From: Hyphomicrobiales bacterium
Lineage (GTDB): Bacteria; Pseudomonadota; Alphaproteobacteria; Rhizobiales; Beijerinckiaceae
Direction: 5' to 3'
DNA length: 32,516 bases
Assembly: GCA_003164825.1 (NCBI GenBank)
Contig: PLUH01000177.1
Span: 12,231-44,746, forward strand
Within the stretch, counting starts at the first letter, position 1; each line of letters begins with the position of its first letter. This document shows, one piece after another, positions 19,573-28,694 of the stretch. Below the pieces are notes generated by a model. That model worked only from the letters and a program-made list of their open reading frames with translations. It did not search any database and had not been told where the DNA came from. Made by a program: the position numbers and the translations under genes.

Positions 19573-20451
19573 ATGCAAAAGCCAATCACTGTCTGTACGG
19601 GCGGCCTCGGGCACCCCGAGGGTCCATACGAGCTCGACGACGGCCGGATCATCTACGCCAACACCTACGCGAGCGCGATCGGGGTGTGGGACCCGAAGAC
19701 CGGGAAGGCAGGCGCCTACGCCAATGTCGGTGGCGGACCAAACGCCTGCATGCTCGGAAGCGACGGTTGCGTCTATTCCACGCAGACTCCCAATGTTGGA
19801 GCTTGGGACGCGCCCGTCCACCGTCCGCCTTCGATCCAGAAGACCAGCCCCGGTGGCAAAGTCGAGATCTTGGTCACCGAAGCCGATGGCGTGAAGTTCG
19901 ACGGGCCCAACGATCTGGCGTTTGGACCTGACGGGCGCCTCTATTTCACCGATTCTGGAGATTGGGCGCCCGACACCAAGCCGCATCCCGGACGCATAGT
20001 CGTCATTGCGAAAAACGGCAAAGCAAGCGTACTCGAGGAACTCGACCACGTCTATCCGAACGGGATCGTTATCGAGCCCGACGGTTCGGTCGTCTGGGTC
20101 GAGTCCTATACCTTGAAAGTCGTGCGGCGCAGGCCCGACGGCGCGAAAGAGGTGATCCATACCATGGCGGAAGGCCACATCCCCGATGGTTTGAAGATTG
20201 ATGCCGCAGGCAACTTCTGGATCACAGCGGTTACCGCTGGCGGCGTCGATGTCATCGACAAGAACGGCAAGCCGTTGCATTTCCTAGAAACCGGCGGCAC
20301 GATACTCAACTGCGTGTTCGGCAAGGGGGGCGCGCTCTTTTGCTGCGACATGGGGCCGTTTGACGTCACCGGCGCGGCGATGACTGGCAGGCTGATCAAG
20401 GTTGATGTCGGCGTCGAAGGCATGCCGCTGTTTCGTGGCGCGATTGGGTAG
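19573..20451 (+). CDS. SMP-30/gluconolactonase/LRE family lactonase
   Basis: HPEGP, GPNDL..GPDGRLYFTD, YPNGI, IPDGLKIDAAGNFW (E/N/N/D metal ligands); GGAAGGAG RBS. Confidence 0.92.
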   Translation: MQKPITVCTGGLGHPEGPYELDDGRIIYANTYASAIGVWDPKTGKAGAYANVGGGPNACMLGSDGCVYSTQTPNVGAWDAPVHRPPSIQKTSPGGKVEILVTEADGVKFDGPNDLAFGPDGRLYFTDSGDWAPDTKPHPGRIVVIAKNGKASVLEELDHVYPNGIVIEPDGSVVWVESYTLKVVRRRPDGAKEVIHTMAEGHIPDGLKIDAAGNFWITAVTAGGVDVIDKNGKPLHFLETGGTILNCVFGKGGALFCCDMGPFDVTGAAMTGRLIKVDVGVEGMPLFRGAIG

Positions 20452-20461
20452 AGAGTCGAAT

Positions 20462-21604
20462 ATGAAAATCGCCACGGTTGAGGCCATCCCGGTCAGCTAT
20501 CCCGAGCCAAACGATTTCAACGCCCTTCGCCATCTCTGCCTCGCCAAGATCACGGCGGATGACGGACAGGTAGGCTGGGGTGAATCGATCACGCAGTTTC
20601 CCGAGGCCAATTTCGCCGCCAAGGCAATCATCGAGGGCATGGCGCCGAACCTGATCGGCAAGGATCCGGTGCAGACCGAGACGCTCTGGCGACAGAACAA
20701 GCAGCAGGCGTGGTGGTACGGCTATCATGGCGGCATCGCGTCGTACGCGGTCGCCGCCATCGACATCGCTCTCTGGGACCTCAAAGGCAAGGCGTTGGGC
20801 ACAAGCGTCGTCGACCTGCTCGGGGGCTCCGTACATGAGCGATTGCCGGCCATCGCATCGTGTCACGCTCACTACGAGTCGATCCCCGAGATGGCCGAAG
20901 AGACGGCCCAATGGGTCTCCACCGGGCTGCAAGGACTCAAGACCGGCTTCGGCAAGCGCGGCAATGCGCGTCTCGGCTACGACCACGACCGCGATGTCGC
21001 CTATGTCAAAGCCATGCGCGAAGTGCTCGGCGACAAGATGCTGATGATCGACAACGGCATCGCGATCAAGTGGGATGTCACTGACGCCGTGCGGCGCGCC
21101 AAAGCAATGGAGGAATACAATCTCGCGTGGATCGAGGAGCCGCTGGGCGCCTGGGATCCCGAGGGCTACGCGAACCTGCGCGCCAAGACCACGACTCGCA
21201 TCGCTTACGGCGAACGCGAATGGACGTTGGACCAATTCGAGCGCGTGCTGGCGACCGGCACGGTCGACGTTGTCGGTGTTGATCCCGGTCGCGCCGAGGG
21301 TATCACTGGGTTCAAGAAAATCGCCGAGCGATGCGAGTTCTACCGCCGCCAGGCCAACGCCCATGCCTGGTCGTCGGCGATCGTCACGGCGGCGAGTCTG
21401 GCTATCTCTTTCAATTCGCCTGCTTGCAAGCTGTTCGAGTTCAAACCGCTGCGCAATCCGATGCAGCATGATCTCGTGACAAAACCTTTCGAGCACGTCG
21501 AGGGCTGGGTCTATCCGCCGACTGGCCCTGGCCTTGGCATTGACGTGATCGAGGATGTGGTAAACGGTTTTCGAAGCGAAAAGGTTTTGTCGTCAGTGAA
21601 ATGA
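20462..21604 (+). CDS. Enolase-superfamily enzyme, mandelate racemase subgroup (probable acid-sugar dehydratase or isomerase)
   Basis: Start at ATG 20462. VGWGE, AIDIALWDLKGK, metal ligands MID, WIEEP and GERE, Asp/His dyad (VDPG, NAHAW), PTGPGLG. Confidence 0.92.
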   Translation: MKIATVEAIPVSYPEPNDFNALRHLCLAKITADDGQVGWGESITQFPEANFAAKAIIEGMAPNLIGKDPVQTETLWRQNKQQAWWYGYHGGIASYAVAAIDIALWDLKGKALGTSVVDLLGGSVHERLPAIASCHAHYESIPEMAEETAQWVSTGLQGLKTGFGKRGNARLGYDHDRDVAYVKAMREVLGDKMLMIDNGIAIKWDVTDAVRRAKAMEEYNLAWIEEPLGAWDPEGYANLRAKTTTRIAYGEREWTLDQFERVLATGTVDVVGVDPGRAEGITGFKKIAERCEFYRRQANAHAWSSAIVTAASLAISFNSPACKLFEFKPLRNPMQHDLVTKPFEHVEGWVYPPTGPGLGIDVIEDVVNGFRSEKVLSSVK

Positions 21605-21652
21605 TCGGGCGATAAGAAATCGGCAAGCGCCGAACTCCTGGGAGGAATCAAT

Positions 21653-22762
21653 ATGAAATTGAAACTGAAACTTCACGTTGCGGCCATTGCCCTTGTCGGC
21701 GCCGTCGGCGGGTCGGCGGCCCTCGCGGCGGACAGCCAATCGCAGATCCCGACGAGTGGCGAGAAGGTTGCCGGCGCTCCCTTCGAGGTGAAGCGCGACT
21801 GGGGTACGTTCAAGCTCGCCGACCGCATTGCCGCCAAGGTCAAGGCTGGCGAAAAAATAAACTATGTCTTCTCATACCAGGCTTCCGGCATTCCGTTGTT
21901 CTCGCCGCAATTCGCTGCTGGTTTCGAGACCGGCTGCAAACTCGGCAACGCCATCTATCCGCTCGATTGCGCGTCGATCGCTCCGGTGCAGACCGACGCG
22001 AATCAGCAAATCTCGCAGATCGAAGCCAAGCTCGCGGCGGGCGAGATCGATTGCATTTCGATCGAGCCGGTGACTTCCGATTCGACGACCGCGATCGTGA
22101 ACAAGCTGATGGACCAGGGCATCCCGGTTTTCACCGACGGCGTCACCTCGCGCGGCCACGAATTCACCAATTTTACCCAAATACCGCAGCTCGAGGGGGA
22201 GACCGCGGGCAAGATCGTGCTCGACTGGATGAAGGCGAATAACAAGGACCTGAAGGTGTTCGCGGTGTCGGGCGGCGATCCGACACAGTTCTGGGCGCAA
22301 GGCCGGATGAAGGGGTTCCATGAGACGATCGCCAAGGCGATTCCCGACGCAACATTCGTCACCACAGAGGCGAATGGACTTAACGTCAGCTACGATCCCG
22401 GTCAAACCTATGACACCTACCGGACATTCCTCTCGGCCAATCCGGACGTACAATTCATTGAGAATGTCGATATTGGCGCCGAACATGCCGATCGCGCGAT
22501 CACGAGCCTGAACAAGGCTGGCCAAGTGTTCACGATCGGCTGGAATGTCTCCAAGGGCCAGCTCGACGGAATCGATAAGGGCATTCAGGTAGCGGCGCTC
22601 GATCAGCGATGGTCGGATCAGGCGGCTTTCGGCGGCCCGGCCTGCGCCCAATTCCTGAAGAATGGCGTCATCCTGCCGAACACTCAGACGTTGTTGCCGG
22701 TGATGAAGGATCAGGTCGCCGGTGCGCGAGCTGAGCTCGACCGCATCCTCAATCAGAAATAA
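21653..22762 (+). CDS. Sugar ABC transporter substrate-binding protein
   Basis: GGGAGG RBS, signal peptide ending AALA; QGIPVFT, RMKGF, ANPDV, IGWN, LDQ.W..Q fit the PBP type I fold. Confidence 0.88.
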   Translation: MKLKLKLHVAAIALVGAVGGSAALAADSQSQIPTSGEKVAGAPFEVKRDWGTFKLADRIAAKVKAGEKINYVFSYQASGIPLFSPQFAAGFETGCKLGNAIYPLDCASIAPVQTDANQQISQIEAKLAAGEIDCISIEPVTSDSTTAIVNKLMDQGIPVFTDGVTSRGHEFTNFTQIPQLEGETAGKIVLDWMKANNKDLKVFAVSGGDPTQFWAQGRMKGFHETIAKAIPDATFVTTEANGLNVSYDPGQTYDTYRTFLSANPDVQFIENVDIGAEHADRAITSLNKAGQVFTIGWNVSKGQLDGIDKGIQVAALDQRWSDQAAFGGPACAQFLKNGVILPNTQTLLPVMKDQVAGARAELDRILNQK

Positions 22763-22775
22763 GTTGCGGCGCTCG

Positions 22776-22796
22776 GGGCCAGGCATATCCTGGCCC
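22776..22796 (+). other. Stem-loop just downstream of the SBP gene
   Basis: GGGCCAGG-catat-CCTGGCCC, a perfect 8-bp stem 13 nt after the stop. No U-tract. Confidence 0.6.
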
Positions 22797-22828
22797 GTTC
22801 CCCCCGGTAAGCATGGCCGCCAAGCTTG

Positions 22829-23890
22829 ATGACCAGCGCTGATTCCCGCGACCCTGCTCCTGTCGAAACCTCCCGCCCAAGCTTGTCCTCCACCGGTCAG
22901 GCGACGTTCGACCTTGGGTTGCGCATGGGGGGATTGGTCCTCGCGATAGTGCTCGTCGCGCTGTTGATGTTCCTCCTCAAGCCGAAGTCTTTCAATATCG
23001 ATGTCGGCATCTCGGTCCTTCGCGCCATGAGTTCGGTGGCGATCATGTCGCTCGGACTGACCCTGGTGATCGTAGTCGGCGAAATCGATCTATCGTTTGG
23101 CGCCATGTATGGCCTCGGCGCGAATTCGCTCGCCGTCATGTGGATATTGCTGGGGATCCCGATTTATGCCGCGCTGCCTCTCGCGATCGGCATCGGAGCG
23201 TTGGTTGGCCTGTTTAACGGCGCACTTGTCACGTGGCTGCGTATTCCTTCCTTCATCGTCACACTCGGCACCTACAACCTGCTCTATGGCGTTTCGCTCT
23301 GGATCACCAAAACGTCGACCTTCAACCCTGTCTATCCGCCGCCCGGGTCCGAAATTCCGACCGCTCAGCTCGATTTCTTCACCGGCCTTACGGCCAGTTT
23401 CGGCGCTCATCCGATATCTTTCGAAGTTGTGTGGATGCTTGGGCTCGCTTTGGCCATCGGGTTCCTGTTGCACCGCACATTGTTCGGGTTTCGCCTGATG
23501 GCGATTGGCGGGAATCCAGTCGCGGCCCAGCTCGCTCGCCTTCCGGTCACCCGCTACAAGATTCTTGCGTTCGTAATTTGCAGCATGTTGGCCGCCGCCG
23601 CGGGAATCCTCGATTTCTCCTTTATCCAGACGACCCAGCCGAACATCGGCTTGTCGTTTACCTTCCCGGTTTTCGCGGCAGTGATCATCGGCGGCGCCAG
23701 TCTTTCGGGCGGCAAGGGGACGGTAATCGGGGCGATGAGCGGCGCATTGCTCCTTGCCGAATTGCAACAGGGCCTCGCCCTGCTTTCCCCTGGGCCGCAC
23801 GTGCAGCAACTGTTCCTCGGCTTCGTGACGATCGGCGCGGTCGCCCTCGACCTTGCGCTCACCAATATCCGCAAGCGCAGGGCGGCATGA
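22829..23890 (+). CDS. Sugar ABC transporter permease
   Basis: GEIDLSFG, PSFIVTLGT, GGNPVAA, FAAVIIGGASLSGGKG; multiple TM segments. Confidence 0.94.
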   Translation: MTSADSRDPAPVETSRPSLSSTGQATFDLGLRMGGLVLAIVLVALLMFLLKPKSFNIDVGISVLRAMSSVAIMSLGLTLVIVVGEIDLSFGAMYGLGANSLAVMWILLGIPIYAALPLAIGIGALVGLFNGALVTWLRIPSFIVTLGTYNLLYGVSLWITKTSTFNPVYPPPGSEIPTAQLDFFTGLTASFGAHPISFEVVWMLGLALAIGFLLHRTLFGFRLMAIGGNPVAAQLARLPVTRYKILAFVICSMLAAAAGILDFSFIQTTQPNIGLSFTFPVFAAVIIGGASLSGGKGTVIGAMSGALLLAELQQGLALLSPGPHVQQLFLGFVTIGAVALDLALTNIRKRRAA

Positions 23891-25392
23891 ACGGCGGACT
23901 CGAAGGCGTCCGGCTCCGCGGGCTGCATAAACGGTATGGCGCGACTGTTGCGCTAGCCGGTCTCGACCTCGATATCCGGCCAGGCGAGGTTCTAGGTATC
24001 GCCGGACCGAACGGGGCCGGAAAAAGCACCCTCGTCCGCATTATCGCGGGAGAAGAACGCCCCGACGACGGCGAGCTTCTTTTCAATGGTCATCCTTGGA
24101 GGCCCGCCGCCGACTGGCGCCGGGTCGCCGTCGTCCACCAAGAGCCGCAGCTCTTCCCTAACCTCACTGTCGCTGAGAATATTCTTGTCGGGCGAGAAGG
24201 GGCCACCAATGGCTGGCCAAAGTTGGGCTCTGCCGACGCGAAGGTCATGAAGGCCTTCGGTATCGACCGCTTCGCCGACACGCCGCTCGCCGACTGCACT
24301 CTGGCGACCCAGCAACGGGCCGAGATCGCGCGCGCGGTCGCTCGCGACGCGCAGGTCTTTCTGTTCGACGAACCGAACTCGGCGCTGACGGATGAGGAAT
24401 CCGACGAGCTGTTTCGAGAGATGCATAAGCTGGCGGCGGGAGGCCGGATCGTGCTTCTCGTCACCCATCGCCTCGGTGACCTGTTCGAGCACGCGAGTCG
24501 CGTCGCGGTGATCCGCGACGGACAAGTCCGCGCGATCCTTGAAGGTGACGCGCTTACCGAGGATGGGATCGCGGAGCAGCTTGTCGTCGGCCGTGACGGT
24601 GAGACAAACGTAAAGACCTGCGCCGGGATAGATCGTGGCGGCGGCTCCCTCGTCTCTGTCAATGACTGGTCCCACGCCGCCGCCTTTCACGATATCGCCC
24701 TGGATGCCAAGCCGGGCGAAATCGTTGCGCTTGTCGGCGTCGAGGGCTCCGGCGCACGGGAGTTGCTGCGGTCCTTTGCCGGGCTTGAGTCATGTTCGGG
24801 AGCGATCAAGATCGCCGGCGAAAAGGGGGATAGGGCGCAGCGCCTCAGCGCTTATGTCCCCGCCACCCGAATGCTGAGTCTCTATAGCAACTTCTCCGTC
24901 GCGGAGAATCTGCTTGTCCGCCTGGGCAGCCCGGAAATTGCCGGGGTTGGCATGGCCCTGAAGAAGAAGCGAATGCGCCAACTCGCCAACGAAGCGACCC
25001 GGCGTTTTTTGATACGAGCTCACTCCGTCTCGCAAGGCATACGCTCGCTTTCCGGCGGCAATCAACAGAAAGTGGCGATTGCCCAAGCGCTCAATTGCGC
25101 GCCGCGGCTGCTGTTGCTCGAGGAGCCGACGCGTGGCGTGGACATTCACAGCAAGCGCGAAATTTATCGGCTGCTGCGCGACTATGTCGGCGCCGACAAC
25201 ACCGTGATCATGTTCTGCACCGAAGTGCTGGAGGTCTACGAAGCCGCCGACCGCGCGCATGTCGTCGTCGACGGCGGTTTATCGCGCCAGATTGTGGTTG
25301 GCGACTATCCGCACGTTGAGTCTCTCGCTACCGAGATTTCGCGAATGGAGCGTCATGCTCGCGACGACGGCGGAGCGAGACGGCAACTGTAG
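23887..25392 (+). CDS. Sugar ABC transporter ATP-binding protein (two NBDs)
   Basis: True start is ATG 23887 (ATGA overlap), not 23233. [37 protein letters not shown]. Confidence 0.94.
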   Translation: MNGGLEGVRLRGLHKRYGATVALAGLDLDIRPGEVLGIAGPNGAGKSTLVRIIAGEERPDDGELLFNGHPWRPAADWRRVAVVHQEPQLFPNLTVAENILVGREGATNGWPKLGSADAKVMKAFGIDRFADTPLADCTLATQQRAEIARAVARDAQVFLFDEPNSALTDEESDELFREMHKLAAGGRIVLLVTHRLGDLFEHASRVAVIRDGQVRAILEGDALTEDGIAEQLVVGRDGETNVKTCAGIDRGGGSLVSVNDWSHAAAFHDIALDAKPGEIVALVGVEGSGARELLRSFAGLESCSGAIKIAGEKGDRAQRLSAYVPATRMLSLYSNFSVAENLLVRLGSPEIAGVGMALKKKRMRQLANEATRRFLIRAHSVSQGIRSLSGGNQQKVAIAQALNCAPRLLLLEEPTRGVDIHSKREIYRLLRDYVGADNTVIMFCTEVLEVYEAADRAHVVVDGGLSRQIVVGDYPHVESLATEISRMERHARDDGGARRQL

Positions 25393-25398
25393 ATTCTG

Positions 25399-26610
25399 TT
25401 AGCTGGTTGGCCAGACTGCACGCTCGATCCGCTCGGCTAATGTGTCGATGAATTGGGCGCCTTGGAGTCCGTCGATCAGGCGATGATCGAACGAGAGCGT
25501 GAGGTTGACGCCTGTCGCGACGGCGACGCCGCCTGCCCGCGCAATAACCCGCTCATGCTGGCGTCCGACGGCGAGGATGCCCGATTGACCGGGGTAGATG
25601 ATCGCTTCGAAGCGATCGGCGCCGCTCCTGCCGAGGTTGGAAACCGAGAATGAGATTGGCGTAAGATCGGCCTGCAGCAGTCGGCCCGAACGAGCGCGGT
25701 GGATTGCGTCGCGCCGCGCCTGGGCGATTTCGCGAATCGATTTGTCCGCAAGGTTGCGCAACACCGGAATCATGACGCCATCGGCAAGGGCGACGACGAG
25801 GCCGACGTCGATGTTCGAGACCCGCATTCTGACCGCGTGGCCATTCTGCTCATGCCTGCGGTCGAGGATGCGCGGATGCCTGGCGAATGATTCGGCCAGC
25901 GCCTGAAACAGAAAATCGGTAAGGGTCGGCTTGATGCCGATTGCTCTTTCGATCTCGCGGCCAAGAGTTAGGCGTGCTCGATCGATAGCTGTGGTCTCGA
26001 CCCAGCGGTCGATGACGAAGGACGGGATCGTCCTTCGGCTGAGGGCGACCGACTCAGCAATCTGACGTCGCGCAGGCGAGAACGGCTCGAAGTCCCCGGA
26101 CGCTGACGGGGTGAGTTTCACCTTCGCGTCCCGGGTCTGGAGCGCGGCGATAACGTCGCGCCCGCGGATTCGCGTGAGCGGGCTTGCGGCCGCCAGACGT
26201 CCCAGATCAGTTCCATTCATTTTCGCGAGGCGCTTCGCGAAGGGAGAAGCAAGGATCCGCGACCCGGGCGCCCCAGTCGGGGACCGAGACGCCGCGGCGA
26301 CGGGGTCCGCCCCATGCGCGGGCGCGACCGCCACGCTCGTCGCCGTCGATTTCATCTCACTTGGGGTTACGGATTCGCCCGCGATTCTGAGCCGAGCAAG
26401 CAGCGCGCCGACCGATAGCTCCTCGCCCTCGGCGCCCAGCACCGCCTCGAGTGTTCCTTCCGCGGGGGACTCCACTTCCATCGTGGCCTTGTCGGTCTCC
26501 AGCTCGACGAGCGGCGCGCCCATCGCGACCTTGTCGCCAACCTGCTTTAGCCAACGGACAACCTTGACGGTTTCCATGGTGGCGCTGAGCTTCGGGACAA
26601 GTAAGTCCAT
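25399..26610 (-). CDS. Dihydrolipoamide acyltransferase E2 (one lipoyl domain, subunit-binding domain, catalytic domain)
   Basis: Start at ATG 26610. Lipoyl motif ETDKA, ASPFAKRLA, SVSNLG, catalytic DHRLIDG. Confidence 0.9.
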   Translation of the reverse strand: MDLLVPKLSATMETVKVVRWLKQVGDKVAMGAPLVELETDKATMEVESPAEGTLEAVLGAEGEELSVGALLARLRIAGESVTPSEMKSTATSVAVAPAHGADPVAAASRSPTGAPGSRILASPFAKRLAKMNGTDLGRLAAASPLTRIRGRDVIAALQTRDAKVKLTPSASGDFEPFSPARRQIAESVALSRRTIPSFVIDRWVETTAIDRARLTLGREIERAIGIKPTLTDFLFQALAESFARHPRILDRRHEQNGHAVRMRVSNIDVGLVVALADGVMIPVLRNLADKSIREIAQARRDAIHRARSGRLLQADLTPISFSVSNLGRSGADRFEAIIYPGQSGILAVGRQHERVIARAGGVAVATGVNLTLSFDHRLIDGLQGAQFIDTLAERIERAVWPTS

Positions 26611-26620
26611 GAGACGCCCG

Positions 26621-27649
26621 TCAAAGAAGGGACTTGACCGTCGCCGCGATTCTCTCGGGCGATGGGATGAGCGCATCCTCGAGATGTGGGCTGTAAGGGA
26701 GCGGGTGATCCGGCAACGTGATACGCGCGGGCGGAGCGTCGAGATAGTCGAAGGCCTGGCTCACAACGTCCGCCACGACGTCCGAACTCCATCCGCCGGT
26801 CGGGGCCTGCTCCTCGACGGTAACAAGGATGTTGGTTCGCCGCACGCTGTCGCTGATTGGCGCGACGTTCAGGGGCCGCAGCACCTGGATGTCGATCACT
26901 TCCGCCTCGATGCCTTCGGCGTTCAGACTTTCGGCGGCGGCAAGAGCCTTCCGGACCATCGCGAGGCTGGCGACAATTGTGGCGTGACGGCCGGGCCGCA
27001 ACACCCGCGGGCCGCTTGGCATCGTCACATCATCAATGCCGATCGGCGCCGGTCCCTTCATCGACAGCAACGCCTTGTGCTCAAGCACGAGAACCGGATT
27101 GTCGTCGCGGATCGCGGCCTTCAGCATCAGATAGGCTTGTTCGGGATCGGAGGGACAGATGATCTTGATCCCCGGCACCGACAGGAGCCAGGACTCGGCG
27201 GTCTGCGAGTGCTGGGCGCCGAATCGCAGGCCGGCTCCGCCGAGAGCCCGAATGACGATCGGCGTCTTGACGCGCCCGCCCGACATGAAGCGGTGCTTGG
27301 CGATGCTGTTGGCGATCTGATCGAAGCAGACCCCGAGGAAGTCGGCGAACATAATCTCGACGATGGGCCGGTAGCCGGTCAGCGCGAGACCCAGCGCCGC
27401 GCCGACGAAGCCGGTCTCCGCGATCGGCGTATCGCGGACGCGCTCCGCGCCAAACTCTTCATAGAGACCGTGGCATGTCTTGAAGGGGCCGCCGGACTCG
27501 CCAACATCCTCGCCCATGATCAAGGTCTTCGGATCGCGCCGCATCTCCTCGCGCAACGCCGCGACAATCGCCTCGCGGTAGGTGATCTCCTGGGTGACCC
27601 GTTCAATCGGCTCGACCCCGGCCGAAATGATTTTCTCATTCGTCCTCAT
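26621..27649 (-). CDS. TPP-dependent dehydrogenase E1 beta subunit (acetoin/pyruvate dehydrogenase-like)
   Basis: Start at ATG 27649 (ATGA overlap). MGEDV, DTPIAE, EIMFADF, AQHSQ, DDNPV..EHK, LDAPP.R. Confidence 0.93.
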   Translation of the reverse strand: MRTNEKIISAGVEPIERVTQEITYREAIVAALREEMRRDPKTLIMGEDVGESGGPFKTCHGLYEEFGAERVRDTPIAETGFVGAALGLALTGYRPIVEIMFADFLGVCFDQIANSIAKHRFMSGGRVKTPIVIRALGGAGLRFGAQHSQTAESWLLSVPGIKIICPSDPEQAYLMLKAAIRDDNPVLVLEHKALLSMKGPAPIGIDDVTMPSGPRVLRPGRHATIVASLAMVRKALAAAESLNAEGIEAEVIDIQVLRPLNVAPISDSVRRTNILVTVEEQAPTGGWSSDVVADVVSQAFDYLDAPPARITLPDHPLPYSPHLEDALIPSPERIAATVKSLL

Positions 27650-28659
27650 TGGACGAACATCGTCGCCATAAAGTCCTGCGTCTGCGAGGGCCATGGCGCA
27701 GCAGCGGCGCGGTCAGCGGCCGCTTTGACGAGCGAACGGGCCTCAGCGGCCACGTCTTCTGCGCCAACGTCCGACATGAGGCCGGCGGCGCGGAGATCGG
27801 CCCGGTAGAGCGAGATCGGATCTAGCTTCAACCAGGCCTCTACCTCAGCGGAATCGCGATACTTGGCCGGATCAGTGCGCGAATGGCCGCGATGGCGATA
27901 GGTCTTGCACTCGATGAAAGTCGGTCCCTGGCCGTCTCGCGCGCGGGCTACCGCCGGCGCCGCAGCGTCGTAAACAGCCAGAACGTCGTTGCCATCGACC
28001 AGTTCGGACTGCATTGAATAGCCCGCCGCGCGGATGACAAGGTCCTCGTACGGCGTCGTATGAAGAATGTGGCTGAACTCGCCATATAAATTGTTTTCGC
28101 AGACGAAGATCACGGGCAATTTCCAAACCTGCGCCATGTTCATGGCCTCGTGAAAGGCGCCGATATTGACTGCCCCGTCGCCAAAAAAGCAGACTGAAAC
28201 CTGTCTGCGGCCGGCCAGCTGCGCAGAGAGTCCCGCGCCCACTGCAACCGGCAAGCCAGCGCCCACGATTCCAAAGGCGCCGATCAGGCCAAGATCAATG
28301 TCGGTGAGGTGCATTGAGCCGCCGATCCCGCCGCAAACGCCCGTCTCGCGTCCGAACAGCTCGGCGAAGGCGGCTTCGAGGTCCATGCCCCGGGCGAGGC
28401 ATTGGCCATGTCCGCGATAAGTGTAGCTAACGTAGTCGTCTTCCCGGAGCGCCTTGGCGACTCCGGCGCAGACGGCCTCCTGTCCGTTGCACAAATGGGT
28501 CGTTCCGTGAACCAGGCCCTCAAGATAACTGCGCTGGACCTGTTCTTCGAACTCCCGAATCAGGGTCATGGTCCGATAGAGGCCGATTCGGTCCTCGATG
28601 CTCAATGCTGCAGCGGCCTTGTTGCTCGCGCTCCCGGTTCCTGGCGCCGGCTTGGTCAT
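27646..28659 (-). CDS. TPP-dependent dehydrogenase E1 alpha subunit (acetoin/pyruvate dehydrogenase-like)
   Basis: HLCNGQEA, YRGHG, GGSMH, TPP motif GDGA...ENN, TYRHRGHS..DP..YR. Confidence 0.93.
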   Translation of the reverse strand: MTKPAPGTGSASNKAAAALSIEDRIGLYRTMTLIREFEEQVQRSYLEGLVHGTTHLCNGQEAVCAGVAKALREDDYVSYTYRGHGQCLARGMDLEAAFAELFGRETGVCGGIGGSMHLTDIDLGLIGAFGIVGAGLPVAVGAGLSAQLAGRRQVSVCFFGDGAVNIGAFHEAMNMAQVWKLPVIFVCENNLYGEFSHILHTTPYEDLVIRAAGYSMQSELVDGNDVLAVYDAAAPAVARARDGQGPTFIECKTYRHRGHSRTDPAKYRDSAEVEAWLKLDPISLYRADLRAAGLMSDVGAEDVAAEARSLVKAAADRAAAAPWPSQTQDFMATMFVQ

Positions 28660-28694
28660 CGCGCTTCGCTCCCTGGGTCTGTTTCGTTCGGCTG

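Noticed and set aside
23233-25392. Apparent 719-aa extended ABC ATPase
   Set aside because: The extension overlaps the permease out of frame. The real start is ATG 23887.
26111-27808. 565-aa plus-strand ORF
   Set aside because: Antisense shadow of the E2 and E1beta genes; Ser/Arg/Ala-rich with no recognisable motifs, typical of GC-rich DNA.
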